Assembly: GCA_963782115.1 (NCBI GenBank)
Contig: CAWAIK010000001.1
Coordinates: 1 to 64,000, forward strand
Reading direction: 5' to 3'
Length of the DNA: 64,000 bases
Source: an uncultured Verrucomicrobiae bacterium
Lineage (GTDB): Bacteria; Verrucomicrobiota; Verrucomicrobiia; Chthoniobacterales; JAFAMB01
Below are positions 29,822 through 38,670 of this stretch, piece by piece. The notes beneath the pieces were generated by a model. It was not told the origin of the DNA, made no database searches, and saw nothing but the letters and a program-made list of their open reading frames with translations. The first letter of the stretch is position 1. Every line of letters starts with the position of its first letter. The translations under genes were made by a program, and so were the position numbers.

Positions 29822-31084
29822 TCAGCGGCCGTTAATGGTGATGACTAAGCCAATATCGCTACCGGCCGCTTCGGCCTTAATTGGCCCGTTCTCCGACCCC
29901 CAGAAGTGGATCCATGGCTTCACACGGGGTGGTGTGTACATGTTGCCAAGCCCGAAATAGGCGGCTAAGGTTTTGGCTTCTTCCAGGGAGAGAACAGGAG
30001 AGCCTTTGGCAGTGGCGAAGCTGATATAAACGGGCAGCCGTGCTCCATTCCACGTGACAAGCATTTCCACGCTTTCTCGATGCCAGGAATCAAGGCCACG
30101 GAGGTTGTCCTTGTGCAGGTTCTCCTCGCCAAGGGGTAAGCTCTTCGTAGGCGGCCCGAGCGCTTTGATCCAGGCCGCTCGAGGCTTGTCTAGTAAAGTA
30201 GGGACGTTGGAGAACGGAAGGACGCGAGAGAGACCCGCCGGCGTTCCCTCCGGACTAGGGGATGGCGACGTGCTCGTGGACGGACTCTTGTCGTGGGTGG
30301 CTTGTGTCGTGTTGTTTTCGTTTTTTGGCCGCTGCGCGGCGTGGAGCCTCACCAACGCAATGTCGTTTTGCTTGCGAATGTCCTCGTCGGTTAACCGCGG
30401 AGTGGACTCCGGTGTGCTGGCGATCTGTAAATCTGCAGGGGAAGCTTGAGTTCGCTTTAGCTGCCAAGATTCTGGCCGAAAAGCAATGGCAATAATCACA
30501 CCCGTAAAGAGAATTACGCCAAGAACGATGCCTACGCCTCTCATGGCAGTTCTCTCTGAATTGGGCTGAGGCAGAGGTTCTTCTGCAAGCGGTTCAAGTT
30601 TAGAATGAGGTAATCTCGGCGGTTCACCTTCCCCAATGCTACGGATAGCATGTTCTAATTGATCCCCAATCTGCGTAAGGGGGGTTGTGGATGACGGAAC
30701 TTTTGACGGCAAAGATGGTGCCGAACTCATTGCCGACTCTGTTCTCCCAAGAATTTGCGCCTTCTGCGCTTGAAATTCATCCTCTGTGAGAATTCCATGT
30801 TCCTTTAGCTTTACTAGCCGTTCTAACTTGTCGACAACCTCGGTTGGAGGAATTGCTGCAACGGGACGAGAAATGGGTTGTGGTTGCGTTTGAGGTGACC
30901 GGTTTACAACCGCCTGTTGCGGTTCCGAAGGCGTCGTGATTGCCCATATCAGGCAAACAATCCAACCGAGAATCGTCCACCCCAAAAGCAGATTCAATAC
31001 GACAATCGCCTCCTTGTTTTGACGCTTTCGTGATCCAGCTATGAGAGTTGGTAGAAAGTAAAGGACGAGCAATAGGATTGACAT
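29822..31084 (-). CDS. Superinfection immunity (T4 Imm-like) domain fused to SHOCT, a TM helix and an extracellular domain
   Basis: LYFLPTLIA..R...IVVLNLLLGWTILGWIVCLIWA; SHOCT motif LERLVKLKEHGILTEDEFQAQKAQIL. Confidence 0.85.
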   Translation of the reverse strand: MSILLLVLYFLPTLIAGSRKRQNKEAIVVLNLLLGWTILGWIVCLIWAITTPSEPQQAVVNRSPQTQPQPISRPVAAIPPTEVVDKLERLVKLKEHGILTEDEFQAQKAQILGRTESAMSSAPSLPSKVPSSTTPLTQIGDQLEHAIRSIGEGEPPRLPHSKLEPLAEEPLPQPNSERTAMRGVGIVLGVILFTGVIIAIAFRPESWQLKRTQASPADLQIASTPESTPRLTDEDIRKQNDIALVRLHAAQRPKNENNTTQATHDKSPSTSTSPSPSPEGTPAGLSRVLPFSNVPTLLDKPRAAWIKALGPPTKSLPLGEENLHKDNLRGLDSWHRESVEMLVTWNGARLPVYISFATAKGSPVLSLEEAKTLAAYFGLGNMYTPPRVKPWIHFWGSENGPIKAEAAGSDIGLVITINGR

Positions 31085-31531
31085 CGCTGCCCCGCCGTTA
31101 CTGTCGGGTGCGACCAGTGCCAAGCTAGGGACAGAATGGCCACGTAATTAGTAATCCGAGCAGAACTAGCCAGCTTTAACTCGAACGGTTGGGCCTGGCC
31201 ACTTGATTTCGTGCTCTTCTGTGATCCGCGAGCCCCCGCTGATTGAGATGTGAATGGGCCACTGGCGGCCCGGCCGTCGGCAGAGCAAAAGGAAATGATC
31301 TCAATGATTCAGCGCCATATTTGCCCGTCGATGCAGGAGGTGCGCGAGCTTATATGGCGCTAACGCGTGCATGACGGGTATGTCCGGCCTACGAATTCTG
31401 GGAGTCCAGCCTAAAAACTGCTCGGCCTATCAAATCGCGCGCAGAAAGCTCTCTGATATTCAAGCGACGGTTTAATTGGAATAGTTCCACGGATTTCAAG
31501 TAAGCCGAAACGCTGCGCCTTTTCGGTTCCT

Positions 31532-32256
31532 TCAGATCTGATCAAATCTAGGAACGTCGCGTAAGTCGATATTCTGCTCGCGCAGGAGCTCCCAATACTT
31601 GTGCAGCGGCGAATCCGCACGCAGCGCCGAAAATAGGTACGTCCCGAACCAATCGTCGAAGACTTCCTGACAGTCGTCCGTGAGCCGGACTTTAGCCGGC
31701 TTTACGAATTCGTGGCCGATTGGCTGAATACGATCGAATCGCACAATCCCAGACCGCATTCCATACCCTTTGCCGAGATAAAATCCCATCGGTATCTGGT
31801 ACGATTTCAGCTTTTCGAGGAAGATGGGTCTGACCTTTGGCGTTCCATCTCTTTCTTCCAGGCTGTGAATCGGAGCGCAAAGCATGCAACTCGGAAATCT
31901 CCTGCGCAGCTCTCTCGAAATGGGTCGTGAAAAGGCGGGTATTGCTTTACTACAGCGAGAATCACGGCTGGACGGAATTTGTGACGTATTGCAGCGTAAG
32001 TTTCATCGGCTCGTAGGTGCTCAGCGTGAATAGGAGCATGACGGAACACCTGAGAATTCGGATCAACGCATTCCTGTGCGGTTCTCTCTTTTAGCGTGAT
32101 AAATCCTCTGAAAAAGTCAGCCGGATTGGGATTGGAGAACTCAATTTGTCGAAAAATTTCAGTAAGAAACGCGACCGGTGCCCACGCTATCGACCCACGG
32201 GCGAGGAATGGCTGGCCGTTCGGGATAGGTTCGAGGAAGTCAATCAAGCCCTCCAC
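31532..32256 (-). pseudogene. Putative PemK/MazF-like toxin, frameshifted near 31890-31920
   Basis: KFRPAVIL in one frame, LCAPIHSL...IVRFDRIQPI in another; GTG start overlaps the antitoxin stop. Confidence 0.55.
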
Positions 32257-32936
32257 TAGCCAGGCCCTTCCAACGGAGGCGACACGTCGTTGTCCTCCTC
32301 TAACCGCTTGAGGTCCTCTAAATCACTTTCATCCAAATTGAGATGCCAAGCCGCGCGAGAGTGAACCCTAGCTTCTCGCCGATGCCTGATTTGGGAAAGG
32401 ACAGCCTGCCGTTTCTCCTTTGAAATGATCGTCGAAAAATCACGGATCGCCTCTGCTCTTGATTCAGTAGCGGAGGTAATCTGGCTGAAATCGAGCGGCC
32501 CTGAGCGTTGCGCAGTAAGCATGGGCGCAGTTTCGAAGTAGATATGATCAAGGAGCAAATTCAGATCAATGGCTGCCCATTTCTTATAAACGGTTTGCAC
32601 GATTCCCCGCACTTCTGGTGCAGCCTTCTCTAAAGGGTCTCCTCTGAATGAAGAAATCGAATATCTTCGGAATGAGCGTCCGTCTTCCAAGTCGTCCAGC
32701 TCCGCGACGGTCACCCCGGGGGCGCGATTGACGACGTCAATTAGTTCGGCAGAATATGGGCCATAATGATAAAAAACCCAAGCTGCTCCAGTCAGCGTTT
32801 CACGCTTCCATTTGAAGTACTCGCAATCTATGAGGTAAAGAAGCTTGACTAGCCTGGTTGTCCCAATCTGAAGGTGGTCGCGTTCCGCGCGGCTCAGGAG
32901 GCTGTAGGCAACGTCGCTTACAATTCGGTCATTCAT
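32256..32936 (-). CDS. Panacea/SocA (DUF4065)-domain antitoxin-like protein
   Basis: TRLVKLLYLID..Y.....LTG..W....YGPY. Confidence 0.8.
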   Translation of the reverse strand: MNDRIVSDVAYSLLSRAERDHLQIGTTRLVKLLYLIDCEYFKWKRETLTGAAWVFYHYGPYSAELIDVVNRAPGVTVAELDDLEDGRSFRRYSISSFRGDPLEKAAPEVRGIVQTVYKKWAAIDLNLLLDHIYFETAPMLTAQRSGPLDFSQITSATESRAEAIRDFSTIISKEKRQAVLSQIRHRREARVHSRAAWHLNLDESDLEDLKRLEEDNDVSPPLEGPG

Positions 32937-33339
32937 TCACAAAAGGAGGTGATCGGCGCACCTCGTCACGCAATTAAGCAGAAAACTCCCAATTGAACCA
33001 GATAAAGGCCAAGGGGCTCCTCGTGATCAGCGCTTCTTCGATGGCGTTGAGCGCTTCGATAGTCGGTTGAACCGTTTGTCGCTTCGAGAGTCAAAGCATC
33101 TCCAGGACCAGCGGCAACATAAGCCGATTGTCTCTGACAAACCTCCTTGCATTAAAGCTTGGCGGAACAGGCGAAACTGTGGACCGGTGTTCCGCGACTC
33201 CAGCGCTATTGCCGCGCGGTTGGTCGTGTTGTTAAAAGAGAGTCGAGATTGCTCGACTCGTACTTTCCGAACTTAGGACTGTCCGTAGCAAACTTTCCCG
33301 GTTCGGTCCACAAAGGCCGCCGCAACCAGTGCTCCAGTA

Positions 33340-33361
33340 TTGACGCCATATTGACAGATAC
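33340..33361. repeat. Putative integrase arm-type sites (right arm)
   Basis: TTGACGCCATATTGACAGATAC matches 18567-18588. Confidence 0.65.
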
Positions 33362-33440
33362 AAGGTCTTTTTGCTGCGCTTTCGTTCGCATCCCAACGCT
33401 TTGTTTCCTACGTAAGTTGCTTGATCGTAGGCACATCCTT

Positions 33441-33480
33441 GGTTTTGCAAACCGCGGCCTTACCACTTGGCTACCCCGCC
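33441..33480 (-). repeat. att site: copy of the tRNA-Cys 5' half
   Basis: 39/40 identical to 18470-18509. Confidence 0.9.
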
Positions 33481-33574
33481 GAACCAGGCTTCCAGACTTG
33501 ATTCGCTGGCTTTCTATCGTTTTCGTTCTGTCTCTCGTTGCCAATTTTCCAAAACTTTTCGAATATCACCGCAT

Positions 33575-33790
33575 CTCAGGGCGAGAATTGCGAATAGTCC
33601 CGTACAACGGAAACAGGGCATACAAGTACTATCTGGATGGCTACAAAGTCAACGGCAAGCGAAAGCGGCTATTCTTTAAGGACATTGCCGCGGCCAATCG
33701 GAAACTCGCCGAGCTTGCAAAGCGGCAGAAAAAGGAGGGCCAGGATGGCCTCGATATTTCTGGGGAGCTGAGGGTCATGGCGGTTACCCG
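33575..33790 (+). pseudogene. N-terminal stump of a second integrase homologous to 18614-19801
   Basis: LRIVPY....YKYYLDGYKVNGKRKRLFF...KKEG.DGLDI...LRVMA versus LRIVEY....AKYCIEGLRVNGKRKRLFF...RREG..ALAI...LRIMA. Confidence 0.8.
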
Positions 33791-33832
33791 ACGCGGTGCG
33801 CCAGAAGAAAAGCTTCGGCTTGGCTCCGGGAT

Positions 33833-34115
33833 GTGATTGCCGACGTGCACGCGCTCGCGCGCCGCGAACTGGCCGAGCGCCGTATCGAAGTCCGCACCGA
33901 ACTGCCCGAAGACCTGCCGGGCGTGTTCGGCGACCGCGTCCAGCTCCAGCAGGTGCTGCTGAAGCTGGTGATGAACGGCATCGAGGCGATGAGCGGCATG
34001 GCCGGAGAGCTGCGCGTCCTGACGATTGGCGGCCAGCGAGACGAACTCGCCGACCAGCCGGTCGTGCGGATCTTGGTGCAGGATTTGGGCAGCGGCATCG
34101 AACCTGAAAACATGG
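33833..34115 (+). pseudogene. GC-rich histidine kinase HATPase fragment
   Basis: GDRVQLQQVLLKLVMNGIEAM...VQDLGSGIEPE. Confidence 0.75.
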
Positions 34116-34635
34116 CGCTTTACGGCTGCGGGCGCGAGTATTCTTCTCGAACACCCAGAGAACCAGGTTCTCGACCAAGTCGGCGAATCCGAGTTTCTGT
34201 GGCTCTGTAAAGCTGTTTGCCATAAGCCATGCTCCAGTACTCCGGAAGTAAAAAAATTCCTTACAGCTCGGCCGCCTCGCGGATGTGCGACCTGATATGC
34301 CGACTCCACGCCAGTAAGTTTCTTCGAGCCGTCGGCATTCCGTTTGATCAGAAAGGACCGGAGGCCCATTTGAGTGACTCGCAAAATGCGAGCCGTTTTC
34401 CGATGGAAACTCGCGAGGTGCGAGTGTTATCGAATGCCAGGACCTGCCGTCCTCCTTGCAAGTAGCTGATAATCAGCCTCTTTCGTGATTTGCAGTTTTG
34501 TGGCATGGGCTTCGCTTTAGGGAGCGTCCTGCAATTCAACATTAAAATGGACGGCGTCACAGGAAATATGGGCCTTCCTCCGGGTCTGGAGGAGCGTACC
34601 TGTTTGGTTTGTCCGTATTCGATAGGATCGGAGCC

Positions 34636-36447
34636 ATGAAAAGGCGGATCCTTCTTTGGTTTTGCCCGATCCTTATTCTTTTTCTCGGGGTCGGCTTGTA
34701 CGCAGTCTTGCTGTTCAATCGACTCGGCGGTTCGATCAACGTGATTCTGCGGGAGAATTACGAGAGCGTGCTCGCTGGCCAGCAGATGAAAGAAAGCTCG
34801 GAACGAATGGATTCGGGCCTTTCATTTGCCTTGGCTGGTGAAGAGAAAAGGGGGCGCGATCTCTTCAACGAGAATGTTCCGGTTTTCCAGGAAAGTCTTA
34901 AAAAGGAACTGAACAATATCACGCTCCCTGGGGAGGGGGAAACAGCCGATAAAATCAGGGAGGCCGAAAGTCGATACCAGGCACTGGCGCGAAGTTTCTG
35001 GGAGGCGTCCGATCCGGATAGCCGCCGCAAGATGTATTTCTCTGCGCTTTTGCCGCTGTTCACCGAGATAAAAAACAACGCTCAGGAAATCATTCGCATG
35101 AACCAGGAAAACATGGTGCAGGCGGATCATCGTGCCAAGACCCTGAGCGCCGATTCCACCCGCGCCATGGTGCTTCTGCTGGTGCTTGGCGTCGCGCTGG
35201 CCATCTCGCTCGGGTACGGATTGCAACGAGCCATTCTTAAACCGATTCAGACCTTGACCAGAGTCTCTAAGGAGTTGGGTGAAGGCAAGCTGGATCAGGT
35301 AGTTCCTGTGGAGTCCAGCGATGAACTCGGACAGCTGGCCGACGCATTTAATAAACTCGCTGCAAGATTGCGAGCTTACCGCCAGACCACAACGGACCAG
35401 TTATCGCAGGCCCGCCATATGACGGAGATCACCTTCTCGGCGTTTCCCGATGCAATCCTGGCGCTCTCCCTGGATGGCAAAATCAATTTTGCCAACCCGG
35501 CGGCCGGGAAGCTTCTCCAGAAGCTGAACGGTGAGCATGGGCTCCCGCTGGCGATTCAGGATGAGGTTGGAAACGTGCTGAAGGGTGCCCCGGATTGTGT
35601 GCCGACAAGCTTTGAAAAGGCAATCCCGGTGCGGATTGATGATCATGAGGCCTTCCTTCTGCCGAAAGTCATCGGAATGCGCGACGAGTCAGGGAATATG
35701 TTCGGAGCAGCCCTGGTTTTGCAGGATGTTACTCGTTTCCGTCTGATGGACGAGGTGAAGACGAATCTGGTCTCGACCGTTAGCCACGAGCTGAAAACCC
35801 CACTGACGAGCATACGCATGGGACTTCACCTGTTGCTGGAGGAGAGAATCGGCCCGCTCAACGCAAAACAGCTCGAATTGTTGCTGGCGGCGCGGGAAGA
35901 CTCGGAACGTCTTCTGCGGATGATCAATGATCTCCTGGATTTGGCACGCCTGGAATCAGGCCAAACGCGACAGCGGCTCGAGACCGTCTCACCGCAAACC
36001 CTCGTCGACGATGCCTTGCCAAACCTGCGATCGCTGGTGGAAGCGCACGACTCGCGATTGGTGGCGGAGGTTGCGCCGGGCCTTCCGGAAGTCACGGTAG
36101 ATGCTCGCCAGATAAATCACGTATTTTCCAATTTTGTCTCGAATGCCGCCAGGTTCACGAAGGCAGGTGAAGAGATCGTACTATCGGTGAAACCAGTCGG
36201 CAAAACTGTTCGTTTCTCGGTTCTCGATCATGGACCGGGTATTCCAAAGGAGTTTCAAGCACGCGTTTTTGAACGGTTTTTCCGGATACCCGGGACCGAA
36301 GAATCAAATGGAGTCGGACTTGGGCTGGCCATCGCTAAGGAAATCGTCGCTTCGCACGGCGGAAGCATCGGCCTTCACAGCACACCGGGTGAGGGAACTG
36401 AGTTTTACTTCGATCTTCCGGTGATCAGAAAAAAACCAATGGAATGA
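34636..36447 (+). CDS. Sensor histidine kinase (periplasmic four-helix, HAMP, PAS, HisKA, HATPase) linked to kdp
   Basis: VSHELKTPLTSI, N-box, DHGPGI, GVGLGLAI. Confidence 0.92.
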   Translation: MKRRILLWFCPILILFLGVGLYAVLLFNRLGGSINVILRENYESVLAGQQMKESSERMDSGLSFALAGEEKRGRDLFNENVPVFQESLKKELNNITLPGEGETADKIREAESRYQALARSFWEASDPDSRRKMYFSALLPLFTEIKNNAQEIIRMNQENMVQADHRAKTLSADSTRAMVLLLVLGVALAISLGYGLQRAILKPIQTLTRVSKELGEGKLDQVVPVESSDELGQLADAFNKLAARLRAYRQTTTDQLSQARHMTEITFSAFPDAILALSLDGKINFANPAAGKLLQKLNGEHGLPLAIQDEVGNVLKGAPDCVPTSFEKAIPVRIDDHEAFLLPKVIGMRDESGNMFGAALVLQDVTRFRLMDEVKTNLVSTVSHELKTPLTSIRMGLHLLLEERIGPLNAKQLELLLAAREDSERLLRMINDLLDLARLESGQTRQRLETVSPQTLVDDALPNLRSLVEAHDSRLVAEVAPGLPEVTVDARQINHVFSNFVSNAARFTKAGEEIVLSVKPVGKTVRFSVLDHGPGIPKEFQARVFERFFRIPGTEESNGVGLGLAIAKEIVASHGGSIGLHSTPGEGTEFYFDLPVIRKKPME

Positions 36448-36451
36448 AGAC

Positions 36452-36595
36452 GTGAATGCCCGAATTCTGGTCGTTGATGATGAGATCAAAGTGCGGCTGA
36501 ACTATCGGATCACTCTCGAAACGGAGGGGTTTGAGATATTTGAACTGCAAAATTTCGGCTCGAGCTCGGAGCCTTTCAATCTTGGAGGAACCTAA
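36452..36595 (+). pseudogene. Truncated response regulator receiver domain
   Basis: ARILVVDDE..VR...RITLETEGFEI, stops after 47 codons. Confidence 0.7.
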
Positions 36596-36609
36596 CATCA
36601 TAAAATCGC

Positions 36610-36693
36610 ATGACTGACATTATCTATATCGTCGTAACCATTTTGACCGCAGGGATCCTGTTCCTGTTTACCTGGTCCTGCAGCAAAATCTAA
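36610..36693 (+). CDS. Small hydrophobic peptide upstream of kdpF
   Basis: MTDIIYIVVTILTAGILFLFTWSCSKI (27 aa). Confidence 0.65.
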   Translation: MTDIIYIVVTILTAGILFLFTWSCSKI

Positions 36694-36707
36694 GAACCAC
36701 CTGAGTT

Positions 36708-36791
36708 ATGGAAAACATCATTGTCGGCATCGTGTCCGTTGGACTCATTATCTATCTCCTTGTTACAATTCTGCGCCCGGAGAAGTTCTAA
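36708..36791 (+). CDS. kdpF: K+-transporting ATPase subunit F
   Basis: MENIIVGIVSVGLIIYLLVTILRPEKF has the PEKF end motif. Confidence 0.9.
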   Translation: MENIIVGIVSVGLIIYLLVTILRPEKF

Positions 36792-36822
36792 TTCTCTCGT
36801 TGGCAACTATTAAAAAACACCT

Positions 36823-38634
36823 ATGAACCTATCAGGTTGGTTTCAGTTGGCACTTTATATTGTGGTGCTCGTTCTCATCACCAAGCCCCTCGGTATTTAT
36901 CTTTGCCAGGTGCTGGACGCAAACGGGAAGACATTCCTGGACCCGGTGATCAAGCCATTTGAGCGGTTAACTTACCGCGTCTTCGGCGTGGATCCCGAAA
37001 AGGAGCAGGGCTGGATTCTCTACACCATCGCCATGCTGACATTCGAGTTGGTGACGGTGCTTCTGACCTACTTAATCCTCCGCTTCCAGAACTTTCTGCC
37101 GCTCAATCCGCAGGGCCGGGCTGGGGTTACGGACCACCTGGCATTTAACACCGCTTGGAGTTTCGCAACCAACACCAACTGGCAAAGCTATGGCGGGGAA
37201 TCGACGATGAGTTATCTGTCGCAAATGCTGGCGCTGGCGTCGCATAACTTTTTCTCGGCGGCCATCGGTATCGCCATCGCCGCGGCGGTGGTTCGGGGGA
37301 TTGCGCGGCACTCCACCAAGACGATCGGTAATTTCTGGGTGGACCTGGTGCGAATTAACTATTATCTGCTTCTTCCGATCAGCATCGTTTACGCGATTTT
37401 CCTGGTCGCTCAGGGTGTGCCACAGAACTTCAAGCCGTACGACACGGCCAAAGTCGTGGAGGTCCAAACCGTCCAGGTGCCGAAGAAAGACGACGCCGGA
37501 AACACGATCAAAGACGCCAAGGGGAACGTGGTCATGGTCGACCAAAAGGTAGATTCGCAAAGCATTGTGGAGGGACCAATCGCATCGCAGATGGCGATCA
37601 AGATGCTCGGAACCAACGGCGGTGGATATACCAACGCGAACGCAGCTCATCCCTTTGAGAATCCGACGCCACTCTCGAACTTTATCCAGATGCTCTCGAT
37701 TTTTGCGATCCCGAGCGCCTTAACCTACTACCTTGGGAGGATGGTTAAAAACCAGAGACATGGATGGAGCGTTTGGACCGCGATGGCCATCGTCTTCGTG
37801 GCCGGCGCTCTTGTTTGTTGGGGAGCGGAGGCTGCAGGAAATCCGATCGTGCATCATCTGGGAGTCGATCGCGGCGGTGGCAACATGGAAGGCAAAGAAG
37901 TTCGATTCGGCATTTTTGGCTCTGCGTTGTTCGCGACCATCACCACCGACGCTTCCTGCGGTGCCGTCAACGCGATGCACGATTCTTTTACTCCGCTCGG
38001 CGGGTTTGTCCCCCTATTCAACATCCAAATGGGAGAGATCATCTTTGGCGGAGTCGGTTCCGGTCTTTACGGAATGGTGCTATTTATCGTGCTGGCGGTC
38101 TTCATCGCCGGCCTGATGGTGGGCCGTACGCCGGAGTATCTGGGGAAAAAGATTGAGTCCTACGATGTCAAAGTCGCTTCGATCGCGATTCTGCTCATGG
38201 CGTTTTCGATTCTGGGTTTTTCTGGTTGGGCCGCCCTCACGCCTTGGGGCCAGGCAGGGACCAACAACAGCGGTCCCCACGGTCTCAGCGAGATCTTTTA
38301 TGCCTACAGCTCATGCACTGGTAATAACGGCAGCGCATTCGCCGGTCTGACGGCGAATCCGACTAATAACGATCCTCACTATGATATTACCTTGGCCTTC
38401 GCAACGATTATCGGCCGATTTGGAATGATCGTGCCGGTGATGGCATTGGCCGGTTCATTGGGGCGAAAAAAACTGGTTGCTACCGGTGCCGGTACCTTCC
38501 CCGTGACCGGGGCGCTGTTTGTCACCTTGCTGATCGGAACGATTCTGCTGGTCGGTGCCTTAACCTTCCTACCCGGGTTAACCCTCACGCCAATTCTAGA
38601 GCATTTCATGATGCTAAACGGAAAACTGTTTTGA
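36823..38634 (+). CDS. kdpA: K+-transporting ATPase subunit A
   Basis: TNTNWQSYGGE, LGTNGGG, SCGAVN, NNGSAFAGL. Confidence 0.97.
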   Translation: MNLSGWFQLALYIVVLVLITKPLGIYLCQVLDANGKTFLDPVIKPFERLTYRVFGVDPEKEQGWILYTIAMLTFELVTVLLTYLILRFQNFLPLNPQGRAGVTDHLAFNTAWSFATNTNWQSYGGESTMSYLSQMLALASHNFFSAAIGIAIAAAVVRGIARHSTKTIGNFWVDLVRINYYLLLPISIVYAIFLVAQGVPQNFKPYDTAKVVEVQTVQVPKKDDAGNTIKDAKGNVVMVDQKVDSQSIVEGPIASQMAIKMLGTNGGGYTNANAAHPFENPTPLSNFIQMLSIFAIPSALTYYLGRMVKNQRHGWSVWTAMAIVFVAGALVCWGAEAAGNPIVHHLGVDRGGGNMEGKEVRFGIFGSALFATITTDASCGAVNAMHDSFTPLGGFVPLFNIQMGEIIFGGVGSGLYGMVLFIVLAVFIAGLMVGRTPEYLGKKIESYDVKVASIAILLMAFSILGFSGWAALTPWGQAGTNNSGPHGLSEIFYAYSSCTGNNGSAFAGLTANPTNNDPHYDITLAFATIIGRFGMIVPVMALAGSLGRKKLVATGAGTFPVTGALFVTLLIGTILLVGALTFLPGLTLTPILEHFMMLNGKLF

Positions 38635-38670
38635 GCGACAAAACCTAACAACCGACACTGACACTCTAAT

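Larger units (their letters stand above)
18470..33480. mobile_element. ~15-kb integrative phage-satellite-like element in tRNA-Cys
   Basis: 40-bp direct repeats at 18470-18509 and 33441-33480 (1 mismatch); int-xis-primase-helicase core. Confidence 0.85.

Noticed and set aside
18614..33440. Complete prophage
   Set aside because: No recognisable capsid, portal, large terminase, tail or lysis genes
33159..33836. 225-aa ORF as a real gene
   Set aside because: It reads through the att/tRNA fragment; only the last ~75 codons resemble an integrase N-terminus
1..34000. Programmed frameshifting as the explanation for split genes
   Set aside because: I found no consistent slippery sites. Indels cluster in accessory genes while core genes are intact, which favours decay. 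Some homopolymer indels could be sequencing errors and need read checks.
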